Both the position numbers and the translations under genes were made by a program. Positions 11,375-23,907 of a DNA stretch of 64,000 nucleotides are shown here, one piece after another. The stretch spans positions 103,292,001-103,356,000 of the forward strand of contig NC_043002.1 of assembly GCF_006345805.1 (NCBI RefSeq). The letters run 5' to 3'. The stretch is from Octopus sinensis (taxonomy: Eukaryota). A model generated the notes under the pieces. The model did no database searches, was not told the DNA's origin, and worked only from the letters and a program-made list of their open reading frames with translations. Within the stretch, counting starts at the first letter, position 1. Every line of letters begins with the position of its first letter.

Positions 11375-11421
11375 TCGACGAGACAGGTGCCTTTCCTTGA
11401 GCAACGCCTGTTACGCCTGTG
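11375..11421 (+). CDS. candidate exon (RRDRCLSLSNACYAC)
   Basis: ctgcacag acceptor, GTGAGC donor, phase 2 to 1; no homology recognised. Confidence 0.25.
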
Positions 11422-11845
11422 GTGAGCAGCAATCATGATTACGGCTGGCAATAGTGTAAAAGCTATCAGGAATAACTGAGAAAAAAATGAACATAATAGT
11501 GATACATATACAGTGCACATTATAGCTGTTGATGGACTCCTTAATGGCAAACGTTAATACTGCTGGTTCAGCTAAAGTATCATGGGGCCTCTCACAAGTT
11601 CAAGGGCGCACACAACATAGAATAATCTATACTTTGTCACTCAACACGTGAGAAAAAAAAATCTAGAAACATTTTACTGTTCGATTTTCAGTTATTTTGA
11701 GCAGGATCATGGTCACACAATGTTGTTAGATTTGAGTAGAAATAGCGTGCTGGTAACATCGTTTAAAGTAGTTAAGTGTAACTTTAATATATAGGGATCG
11801 AGGAGGAGGGAAGCAAAGTTAAAAATTCTGTTGTTTTAGAATGAG

Positions 11846-12805
11846 ATAGAAGAAGAAGAATAAGAAGGAAGAAGAAGAGAAAAGAAGAAGAAGAAGAAGA
11901 AGAAGAAGAGAAGAAGAAGAAGAAGAAGAGGAAAAGAAGAAGAAGAAGAAAAGAAGAAGGAGGAGGAGAAGAAAGAAGAGGAGAAGAAGAAGAAGAAGAA
12001 GAATAGAAGGAAAGAAGAGAAGAAAAAGAAGAAGAAGAAGAAGAAGAAGAAAAAGAAAAAGAAGAAGAAGAAGAAGAAGTAGAAGAGAAAAGAAGGAGAA
12101 GAAGAATAAAAATAAGAAGAGGAAGAAGGAGAAGAAGAAGAAGAAGAAGAAGAAGAAGAAGAAGAGTAGAAGAAGAAGAAGGAGAAGAAGAAAGAAGGAG
12201 GAGAGGAGACGAAGAAGAAGGAGAAGAAGAAGAAGAAGAAGAAAAAGAAAAGAAGAAGAAGAAGAAGAAAAAGAAGAAGAAGATAAGAAGAAGAAGGAGA
12301 AGAAGAAAAAGAAGAGAAGAATAGAAGAAGAAGGAGAAGAAGAAAAGAAAGAAGAAAAAGAAGAAGGAGAAGAAGAAGAGGAAAAGAAAGAGAAGAAGAA
12401 GAAGAAAGAAGAAGAAGAAGAAGAAGAAGAGAGAAGAAGAGAGAAGAAGAAGTAGAAGAAGAAGAAGAAGAAGAAAAAAAAGAAGAAGAAGAAGAAGAAG
12501 AAGAAGAAGAAGGAGGAGAAGAAGAAGGAAGGAGAAGAGAAGAAGAAGAAGAAGAAGAGAAGAAGAAGAAGAAGAAGAAGAAGGAGGAGAAAAAAGAAGG
12601 AGAGAAGAAGAAGAAGAAGAAGAAAAGAAAGAAGAAGAAGAGGAAAAGAAGAAAAGAATAGAAGAAGAAGAAAAGAAGAAGGAGAAGAAGAGAAGAAGAA
12701 GAGGAGAAGAAGAAGAGGAGAAGAAGAAGAAGAAGAAGAAGAAGAAGGAGAAGAAGAAGAAGAAGAAGAAGAAGAAAAAGAAAAAGAAAGAAGAAGAAGA
12801 AGAAA
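11846..12805. repeat. ~960-bp degenerate (GAA)n polypurine tract
   Basis: Direct reading; nearly free of pyrimidines on the + strand. Confidence 0.97.
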
Positions 12806-13192
12806 TTCATATGTTGGCATATATTTTATGTTCATTATAGCTCAACTTATAAAAATTCAAAATGACTCTGTTGGAATTGAAGGCAGGATTATTTCAAACA
12901 GATGTTTACACTTTCCGAGACACGTTTCTGTTCAGGTGAACCATCACAAATAATCCAAAGATTTGACTGAATGCAGTAACTAGTTTCCTTCTTTACAAAA
13001 AAAGGTATAAGGTATACGTGGACATCGTCACTGGACATGGAGTAAAAAACCTGCAAAGAACCCTCCCACCGAACAAAACCAAAGTATCATTCTATTCGAA
13101 AGGAAGAGCAGAGTATTTAGTTATTGATAAACTATAATCAAAATAAAAGTAATACGAACGCCTTTGATCCATTATTCTCCCGAAGACAAAAC

Positions 13193-13603
13193 CTATTTCT
13201 TTACTACCCACAAGGGGCTAAATACAGTGGGGACAAACAAGGACAGATAAACGGATTAAGCCAATTACATCGCCCCCAGTGCGTAACTGGTACTTAATTT
13301 ATCGAACCCGAAAGGATGAAAGGCAAAGTCGACCCCGGCGGAATTTGAACTCAGAACGTAGTGGCAGACGAAATACCTATTTCTTTACCACCAACGAGAG
13401 GCTAAACACAGAGGGGACAAACAAGGACAGACAAAGGAATTAAGTCGATTACACCGACCCCAGTGCGTAACTGGTACTTATTTAATCGACCACGAAAGGA
13501 TGAAAGGCAAAGTCGACCTCGGCGGAATTTGAACACAGAATGTAATGGCAGACGAAATACGGCTACGCATTTCGGCCGGCGTGCTAACCGTTCTGCCAGC
13601 TCG
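13193..13603 (-). mobile_element. SINE family A dimer flanked by a 13-bp target-site duplication
   Basis: CCGAAGACAAAAC at 13180-13192 and 13604-13616; internal tail-to-headless-unit junction at 13374/13375. Confidence 0.92.
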
Positions 13604-13662
13604 CCGAAGACAAAACTTTTGACTAAAACAATAGCAACAACATCAAACTGTTTCTTCTTTAG

Positions 13663-13866
13663 ATATCATTTCAGTTTGCACCAGTCACCGTTGGGGGAAT
13701 ATCTTTTCAGTTATTCCCTTGAATATACCGAACGGCAGACTACGATGCAAAAGAAATCTTTCTCGTACAGTGACAAGGCGAACATCGTCCCAATGGATTT
13801 AAATTCATACACCACGGACATGTTATACAATTTTAGCTGTCAGCTCGATAGTTTGCTCCTACAGAA
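13663..13866 (+). CDS. candidate 204-nt symmetric (phase 2) exon, unknown product
   Basis: tttcttctttag acceptor, GTAATG donor, open frame YHFSLHQSPLGEYLFSY...MDLNSYTTDMLYNFSCQLDSLLLQ. Confidence 0.4.
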
Positions 13867-14046
13867 GTAATGCAGAAATTATTGATTTGTAATTAAATTT
13901 TAATGAAACCGTTTTCAAAAACGTTATCATTGTGCTTAGTATAATTACATACGAACATATAAATACCTGCGTTCACACAAAGACAGACATTCGCATGTAT
14001 TCACATTCATATATATGTCCGTATACGTACGTTAAATGCAACCATA

Positions 14047-14150
<104 letters not shown>

Positions 14151-14422
14151 TATATATACGTAACATATACCCATATACAATCTTGATGTTATCGATTTAT
14201 GTCGTTTTGTTGTCACTTGCATATGCTTGTTGCTGTGCAAAAAATGACTGATTCGCTTGTTGTTTGTCGTAAATCTAAATATATTGACAATTGCCAATCT
14301 AATTAAAAGCAAATTGAATTAAGAGAACAAAATAAAAGAATATACATATATGCAACCATTCACATACACAGACATACATATATACATGCATACAAAAACA
14401 CATAGTATATATACACACACAC

Positions 14423-14453
<31 letters not shown>

Positions 14454-15594
14454 CATAAATATATATATTATTTACACATACACACACATAAACACACACT
14501 GCGCACGCACATACATATATATATACATTAAACGTAATCTTAATTGTAAATATTAACTAGCGTCAAGACGGAATTTCTGATAAAGAAATAAAAACAGATT
14601 TTTGAATATATGACGCGAAGAACAAAAGCACAAGGAAAAAAGCAAAAAAAAAAAAAAACAAGGAAAGAGAAGAAATGATATTTAATTTAAGAAAAAAAAA
14701 ACTATATTGGTTAATATGAACAAATGTTAAATGAATAAAAATATTTAAAAAATGAATTGACTCGCAAAATATATATAAATTCTGTGAAAAATAACAACGG
14801 AAAATATGGCTGTGTAAAGCTTTCTTAATGGATCGCAAACACAAAGATTTGCAAATCCGATTATTGTTTAGAAATGATGAAGTGAACAAGGAAGAGAATG
14901 AAGAGTGTAATTGATTAGAAGAGTGAAAATAAGACAGAATGCTGTAATGCGAGGAAATTAGGAATGAGAAATGAAGTGGCGCATTAGGGAGGAATAAGGA
15001 CGAAAAATGAAGTGAAAGACATATCAGTCGATAAGTAAAGAATGTGAATGACAGAGGAATCGACCACGAACACGAATGATGATGGCAAGAATAGATTTCA
15101 AATATGATACTCGTATGATTGTATGGAAGCATGGATATGTTAAGTTTGTGTGATAACTTACAGAACGTTATGCGAACGAACGAACGAACGAACCTAATCC
15201 TAGTTGGCCGATGTGTGACAGGGAGAAACACGAACACAAGCACACGCATTCAAACTTAAGTAAAAAGACACACCCACACTCAAGCAAACCAACATTTAGA
15301 GGCAATGGAATTTAAACAGAGTTTCCGTCAATCAAATTCAGTCACAAGGCATTGATCGGTTCGAATCAAGACTAGAAGACATTTCGGCAAAATGTCGTGG
15401 CTTGGAACTAAATCAGAAACCTCAGCAAGCATCCTAGGCAAACGAACATCCTTGTCTCACAGTGCCTCGTATCGGCGTATCCCTAAGTTTGTGTATATGA
15501 CTGTGTGTGTGTGTGTGTATGCGTATATATATTATATATATATTATATATATATATATAGATATATATATATATATATAGATATATATTATATA

Positions 15595-15652
<58 letters not shown>

Positions 15653-15901
15653 ATGTGTGTGTATGTGTGACAATTACCGAAAAATTGTCACATATATTTG
15701 TTAAAAATGTTTATTTTGCAACCGAAGATGGCCCTGTATTTGAAATTGATGTAATGCTTGCATTGTTCGATTATACATATATATATATGTATATATATAC
15801 ATACATATAAATATATATATATACATACATACATACATATATATATATAGATATATATATATATATACATATACATACATACATACATACATACAATATA
15901 T

Positions 15902-15984
<83 letters not shown>

Positions 15985-16375
15985 AGGCGCATGGGTGGCT
16001 CTTTTTTGCAAACAGGTGCTTAGCAACCACATGAGTCCCTGTTCAATCCCACTGCATAACACCTTGGTCAAGTGTCTTCTGCTATAGCCTCGGGCCCACC
16101 AAAGGCTTGCGATTGGATTTGGTAGACGGAAACTAAAAGTAACTCTTCATATATATGTATGTATATGTTTGTGTGTCTGCGGTTGTCCCCCACCATCTTT
16201 TATATCCGATGTTGGCGTCACCGTCAATTAGCGGTTCAGCCCAAAAAAAAACGATAGATTGAATACTAAACTTCCAAAGAATATGTCCTGGGTCCAATTT
16301 GTTCCACTAAAGACGTTTCTCCAGCATGGCCGCAATCAAATGACTGAAATAAACGAATAAAAGAAAGAAAAGAAT
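15985..16375 (+). mobile_element. SINE family B, near full length
   Basis: tRNA-like head, CORE-like accttggtcaagtgtctt, internal TA/GT, conserved 3' half. Confidence 0.85.
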
Positions 16376-16762
16376 AATGCAATAAATATAATATATGATA
16401 AAATATAATTTACGCCATTACAAACAAACATATTTATACTGATAGACAGAAAAATTTATAATAATATGGATGCATTCATATTTACATACATAGTACGATG
16501 TATAGATATTTAAGATACATTCGGTTTGTATGTTATTCATGGCATTTTTTCAATGGATGGATATATATATATATATATATATACATACATATAAATATAT
16601 ATATATATATATATATCTTAATAATATAAGGGTAAATGATTATTAATTTTAAAAATTAATAATTATTACCAAGTAGTTTCAGCATGGATATAGAACCATT
16701 ATCGGTATATTTGTAGTAAATAGAAATAAGCGGTCTTTGACTGCTCTTTCTAAATTTTTCGG

Positions 16763-17150
16763 TATGTGGCTAAGCAACTTGTTGCTTAACCCTAATTATA
16801 TATGCGTGGCATCTTGGGCAAGAGTCTTCTGCTATAGCCCCGACCCGACCAATGCCTTGTGAGTGGATTTGGTCGACGGAAACTGAAAGAAGCTTGTCGT
16901 ATATATGTATATATATGTATGTGTGTATGTATGTGTGTTTGTGTGTCTGTGTTCGTTCCCCTAGCATTGCTTGACAACCGATGCTGGTGTGTTTACGTCC
17001 CCGTCCCTTAGCGGTTCGGCAAAAGAGACCGATAAAATAAGTACTGGGCTTACAAAGAATAAGTCCCGGGGTCGAATTGCTCGAATAAAAGGCGGTGCTC
17101 CAGCATGGCCGCAATCAAATGACTGAAACAAATAAAAGAGTAAAAGAGTA
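16763..17150 (+). mobile_element. SINE family B
   Basis: Colinear with the other family B copies; ends in (TAAAAGAG)n. Confidence 0.88.
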
Positions 17151-18041
17151 TATATAATCATTAAGCACATTTATCAACATATAACACCGATCCATGAGTC
17201 AATAAAAAATAAATGAAAATACGCTTTTCTCGTCATAATATATTAAATTGTTACTAATAGCAAAAATCTTAATGTTAAGTTATGTAAGTAGAGCGTACTA
17301 GTAATAAAGGTATACGCACAGAGACGAAGTACTCCGATTTACCGACATTTTGGTTCTTTTATTATGGTTCTCCGTAATGAAGTCACCAAAATCTACACGA
17401 CCTGTGACCGTATAGTGCAGTCTGTATCTGCCAACTGACTAACGTTGTACTATGTACATATGATTTATCTACCACTTATTGTTAGAAAAATGGTTAATTG
17501 AGCAGATAATATCTAGAGAATATACATATATTCATTTTGATACGTATCCATTGATATAATAATATATTCATATATTTTTGACGTGTTATACTGAATTCAT
17601 TAGTTTCTCTTATTATATGTATAAGAGCAGGAATGTGGATAGATAGAATGATAACGAGAAGAGAAGCCGCTCAATAAAATATATTTTCATTGCAGTTTCA
17701 ATATGTCGGCATATTGAGTTGGAGGCATCGCAAACAGAATAACCAAATACTACAACTATATTAAACACAAGTGTAAACATTTAAATATAAAAATTGAGAA
17801 ACATTAGAAATAACCATTGAAAAACCTTAGCAATTGAAAGTTGATGTCGTTCCTATGGTATCTGCAGCATTTATATAAAGCCTCCATTGCAGTATCATTA
17901 CACACATTCTTAACAACAGAAACATTATATAGAGCTTGTGCATATATTCACACACGCACACACCAACACATACGCATACACTTACACGCACACACAAACG
18001 AAACACCAGCTTATACAGAGGTACATAGAACATGCATACTA

Positions 18042-18105
<64 letters not shown>

Positions 18106-18189
18106 CATTTATATATATATGCATATATATATATATATATACATTATATATATATGCATATATATTATTCATATTATATGTATATATAT

Positions 18190-18239
<50 letters not shown>

Positions 18240-18305
18240 TATATATATATATATATATATTGCATATTCACGCATACACACAGAGGTACACACACACGCA
18301 TACAT

Positions 18306-18357
<52 letters not shown>

Positions 18358-18756
18358 TATATACTCACGCATACACACACGCTCGCATACACAGGTATTC
18401 TTGTTTCGTATATCAGTGCATAATTGCAAGCGTTTTCCGACGTACCACTTTTTATATGAACACATATACAAATATATCAATATCTATATATGTGTGTACG
18501 TGTGTGCGTGTGCGCGCGTGTGTGTGTGTGTGCGCGCGTGTGTGTGGTGTGTGTGTGTGTGTCTGTGAGTGCGTGTGTGCTCATCACACTCTCTTGGATG
18601 CTATCGGAAATCAGGAAAATATTTAACATTCCAGTGTATCGACTGTGAACATACCTATCTCTTTCTCCCTCTTTCTCCTCGTCTCCTCTCTCCTTCTCTC
18701 TCTCTCATACAGTATTTGGCGTTTTTTTTTTCTTTTTCTTCTTCCGAAATCTAAAG

Positions 18757-18825
18757 GCACCATAAGTCCATCATTTAAAGAAAGTTCCATCAGCTTTGCC
18801 AGAATATTTACAGCTACTTGTAAAG
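18757..18825 (+). CDS. candidate 69-nt symmetric (phase 1) exon (GTISPSFKESSISFARIFTATCK)
   Basis: Long pyrimidine tract, AG acceptor, GTAAAT donor; only one frame is open. Confidence 0.35.
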
Positions 18826-20297
18826 GTAAATTCAGTATATATAACCTCGTTCTCTCTTTTTCCTAATTTTCCCCAACTCTCTCCCTCTCAAACACACATA
18901 CTTAGCGTGCGAGGACGCGCGTGCTTTTGCACGTATGTATGTGCGTGTTTGTGTGTGTGTGTTCGTGTGTATGTGTATGTGACAAAAACCTTTTAAACAG
19001 GAAAGAAACAGCTAAATCAGCGAAATGTCGCCACAGGAAATAGTATTTTAGAATGCTGTTAGTTACTTGTAAACCTTAATTCGTTATAAATCATGAGATA
19101 TGAAATGGACGAGATGATCAGTATAAATATCTTACAGCTTTGATGCAGGAAACAGCTAGAATCTTTCCCTTAAATGCTCAATGTTTATTCTGCCTCTCAG
19201 AATTAAAAAAAAAGCGATTTAAGCAATTTCATCCGTATGACATAGAAAAGAACATTAGCAACATTTCTCCACCGTTCACATCCTGACTGTCTTTTCTGCT
19301 TCTATTTCCTCTGGTTTTCATGGTTGTGAATTAGCATCGATGCCTCTGTAACTATGCTTTGTCTCCACACAGCGATTTTGACCGACACAAATTCCTCTTT
19401 AACACTGGGACGAAAGATTCCATACTAGTCTGTTCTCTCTCCTTCCTTTGACCATCCGCCATGGCAGTACCAATAGTTTGCAATCCGCTGCTATCTCTTC
19501 CAGATTCCTTCAAGCATAGAAGACTCAACACCTCATCAACACCTGATTGATGTAATACATGCATATGCTATATATCTTTTATCTTTAATCTTTCGCCGGC
19601 TTTAGGCAGGCGCTGGCATCATATTGGGGTTCTGTCTTTGAAGATTAATTAATAATCTTCCAGATTTTTTTCTGGTGAAGTAGCAAATTTACCAGAGCGA
19701 CGTCTCTTTGTGCCTCCAGTCGACATATGGATTCATTTGGTATCACAGATAAAATATCTCCATATCTACACCTCGCAATACTCTGAGATCGTTTGACTTA
19801 ATTTTAAACAGATGTGAGACATTGGAACTGAAACCATTAAAGCATTGCGTCTTCCTTTTTGTTTTGAGTAGACAAAATCCTTGATACTTTGCTCTACCTT
19901 CCCTTTCGGTATTTGGTGTAGTATTCAATTCCAAAGTCGGGTGCTAGACATTCCAGGATCGAGTGAATCTTCACTGTTTAGTGATATTGGATAGCTTCGA
20001 GGTCGGCTGTTGATTTAATGATTTAAGCGACCACACTTGAGAACACTAATCTAGGCGACTGCAAAAAAAAAAGGTCCTACATAGGAGTTGGAGGATATTC
20101 TTTTTTCTGGTTATAAATGATCTCAAAATGAATGTAGCCATTCACGTGCAGTGTTGCTATTTTGTTAATATGCATAGAATATTACATCATTACGCATGTT
20201 GATATCCAGATAAACCACCAACTCTGATTCTGGGATAGTACTACCTATTGGTCCTGTGAATTCCGATTGTAGTCCGTCTGTGGTTCGATAGAAATAT

Positions 20298-20672
20298 GTG
20301 GTGGCGCAATGGCCCAGTGGTTAGGGCAGAGGATTCACGATCATAGGATCGCGGTTTCGATTCCCAGACCGGGCGTTGTGAGTGTGTATTGAGCGAAAAC
20401 ACCTAAAGCTCCACGAGGCTCCGACAGGGGATGGTGGTGATCCCTGCTGTACTCTTTCACCACAACTTTCTCTTACTTCCTGTTTCTGTTGTACCTGTAT
20501 TTCAAAGGGCCGGCCTTGTCACTCTCTGTGTCACGCTGAATATCCCCGAGAACTACGTTAAGGGTACACGTGTCTGTGGAGTGCTCAGCCACTTACACGT
20601 TAATTTCACGAGCAGGCTGTTACGTTGATTCGGATCAAGCGGAAGCCTCGTCGTCGTAAGCGACGGAGTGCT
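20298..20672 (+). mobile_element. tRNA-derived SINE family C (OR-like)
   Basis: A-box TGGCCCAGTGG, B-box GTTTCGATTCC; 3' ~200 bp shared with 61443-61765 and 26706-26815. Confidence 0.88.
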
Positions 20673-20689
20673 TCCACCAGAACTATTCA

Positions 20690-21125
20690 GTATTGAAATG
20701 CATGTTGTTTTCATTAGCCCACGTGTGTATTACATTCAGGTCTTTCTGCAGTTCCAAGAAATAACCAATGTGCTTGATTCCCTGTGATGCATTTGTACCA
20801 TTAGCACAGCTGGTGAGAATGGCTGAAGGTATGGCTGCTGTCAAATCTGAGATAGCCACCACAAACAAACATTTGTGGTCCTAGTACACTTCCCCGAGAG
20901 GGACCGCTGCGAACTGATACCATCCCAGAGAGATAACCGTTAGTTGCAACGGTCTGACTTCTGCCTTTTATGAAGTAGTGCAGCCACACTTCTAGATTTC
21001 CAACGATAACAAGGTAACGCAGTTTGTGACATAGGTCCCATGCTCAATATTGTCGTAGACCTTGGCAAAGTCGAGATATATCCCATCCACATTTGAGTAG
21101 TTGAACTGTTGTTTGAGTAATGAGT
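20690..21125 (-). pseudogene. CR1-group LINE RT fragment
   Basis: DGIYLDFAKVYDNIEHG, WLHYFIKGRSQTV, RGSVLGP, LQKDLNVIHTWANENNMHFN across shifted frames. Confidence 0.8.
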
Positions 21126-21164
21126 CATACATAAGTACATATATACATAAATACATACATGCAT

Positions 21165-21203
<39 letters not shown>

Positions 21204-21433
21204 CCTACATGCATACATATACATATATGTGAGAGTGCGGGTGCATGTGTGTATGTATGTAGTGATTGTAGTAAGTTAACAAATTATACACGTGTACCTG
21301 TAATTCAACGGAAATGAAGGCACAAACTGTTGATGAACTCACATAATCTCGATACCGCATCAGTGGGCGGGTGGATGGATGGATGGATGGATGGATGCAT
21401 AGATAGATGGATAGATAGATAGATAGAGAGAGT

Positions 21434-21515
<82 letters not shown>

Positions 21516-21913
21516 CAGGAGTATTTGTTCAGGAAATCACGTATTTTACATAGAGCAATTGTTTTAAGTGTATAGAAAGAAAATGTTGATAATTTAAAGA
21601 AGCTGTTTGTCCTTTGCCTTTCTTTGTGTGTGTACACATCATTTATATTAAAGTTAGTTTTAAGAGTGTATTCCTCTATACGTTCAGCAGCTGAAGTAGT
21701 TGTTTTATGGTAGAGCCAATATTAATGACGATTGTGAAGTAATAAAATCATAAAATTTATTGAAAGTACATTTTAGACAATCAATATATTTTAGATCACA
21801 TCTAATTAAATAACTTAAAAGGGAAATCTAATGATAGAAATTTAGAAAGAAGGCATTTTCTTGGAAATGTATGAGTAAATATATGTACCACATAATAATA
21901 TATAATTGTATAA

Positions 21914-22120
21914 CTCTCTTTACTCTTTTTGCTCTTTTTACTTGTATCAGTCATTTGACTGCGGCCAGGCTGGAGCACCGCCTTTAATCGAGCAACTCAA
22001 CCCAGGGACTTATTCTTTTGTAAGCCCAGTACTTATGCTATCGGTCTCTTTTGCCGAACCGCTAAGTAACGGGGTCATAAACACACCAGCATCGGTTGTC
22101 AAGCAATGCTAGGGGGACAA

Positions 22121-22163
<43 letters not shown>

Positions 22164-22350
22164 CGACGGGCTTCTTTTCAGTTTCCGTCTACCAAATCCA
22201 CTCACAAGGATTTGGTCGGCCCGAGGCCATAGTAGAAGACACTTGCCCAAGGTGCCACGCAGTGGGACTGAACCCTGAACCTTGTGATTGGTAAACAAGC
22301 TACTTACCACACAGCCACTTCTGTGCCTATACACAGCCACTCCTGCGCCT
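21914..22350 (-). mobile_element. SINE family B, full length
   Basis: Colinear with the other copies; short duplication of the head at about 22309-22352. Confidence 0.9.
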
Positions 22351-22705
22351 ATATATAAGACAGATTTATGATAAACATGCGGGATATGACAGTTGCAAAG
22401 ACAAAGGAGGCACTGATTTTAGCTGAAAAAGTTACTGGGTCAATGTCAAATAAAATTTAACCACAGGGAGCACGGACTCCTGCATGATATAGATCAGTTG
22501 TTGTCATGTAAGGAAGCTAATAGATAATTGTAATCTATTATAAAGTTTAAAGTTTCTCAAATGCTTATGTATTGTGAGTGGTTAAATGAATGGTGTTTGC
22601 TATAAAAATATCAAAAGCTTATAAAAACATAACGAAAGGATTGCATTAAGATTCAGTAAATGATCTCGTGAAATATATTTATATATGGTGCATGAGAAGG
22701 AGCTA

Positions 22706-22737
<32 letters not shown>

Positions 22738-23615
22738 CATTTTAAAATAATCTGAATGTGATTTCCCAGTAATTGAAATATAAGAGTTTTCTTAGAAGTG
22801 TTTAGAATGACATACATTGATATTACAGAAAATTAATGTTATAGTATCGTGATTGAAAAAGTTATGATAAAACCGAAGACGTAGAGGAGTTAATGAATTT
22901 ATAGAAATGCATACAAATTTTGATGGGAGAGTTGCAGTATTTCCTATCTTTACATTCGATACAATAAATGGGAACTAATAATAAAAGATATTGATACGGG
23001 AATAAAAGTTTAGGTTACAAATGATAGTAGTGGTGAACACCAATAACAATTATTCTGATTACGAGAGTAAAATTGTATTAGTTCATTATTCAGAATTAAC
23101 TGTTAGTAGATATAAAGTGTTATTAATTTACTAAGGGTGGATAATGAAGGGATGCTGTGATATATCAAAATAAATATTCTCGGATGGATGACATATTTAA
23201 TTGAAAACGTAGGCAAATGTTAAGATTTTAAGAATTTAAGTTAGGACAAAGCAAAATAAATTCTATCTAAATGAAAATAAATGAAAAGTTTAACTGAGGC
23301 AAATGGAATTAAGAAAATAATTAGAGCGAACATTAAAAAGCAGTAAATTGTTATGGAATAAGTAAGGACATAATATCGGAGGATATATAATTAAGAGTAG
23401 TATTCCAGGTAATGAAAAATTATGTTAGACGTTATAATGACAAGGATACTGATTTTTTATGTTTTCATATTATAGCAACAATCTTCTTCGCCTGCCCCTG
23501 ATTAATAAAAAACATACGAAGAAAGGTTTTGTAGAAACGGTATGATACAGGAAGTATCAATACAGCGCAGTCAACAGATAGAGCTGATTTCATACGGTAA
23601 CTATTAAAGTTTCAG

Positions 23616-23907
23616 GCATCCTGAGAAGAAAACTCGCCCATGGTATAGCGTAGGCCCCACTGCTAGAAACACTAGGTAATCACACTTTCTCCTTCTCTAC
23701 CACTGCCACCAGTTTCCAAGGTCCCGTAAAGTGCAACGTGTGTGACCGTGCCCATAATTGCGATAGAAATCACAACGATTTTCTTCTTTTTATCTTCATT
23801 AGATCAGGTGAGAGAAATGATTTTCACGAAGGTATTGATGATGTTCGGAGAGTGGCTTTGATGTTGTATCCATATGTATCAGAACAGGAATACAACCTCA
23901 GCTGTAG
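23616..23907 (+). CDS. candidate exon pair 23616-23675 and 23803-23907 joined in frame over a 127-nt intron
   Basis: tttcag/GTAATC and ttcattag/GTTTCC sites; phase-2 join gives HPEKKTRPWYSVGPTARNT-R-SGERNDFHEGIDDVRRVALMLYPYVSEQEYNLSC. Confidence 0.45.

Noticed and set aside
11819-12835. 338-aa and 324-aa minus-strand ORFs (also 51283-51576)
   Set aside because: Translations of (GAA/TTC)n; no coding signal.
20298-20375. tRNA gene
   Set aside because: The tRNA-like head continues into a SINE body; no complete cloverleaf or terminator.
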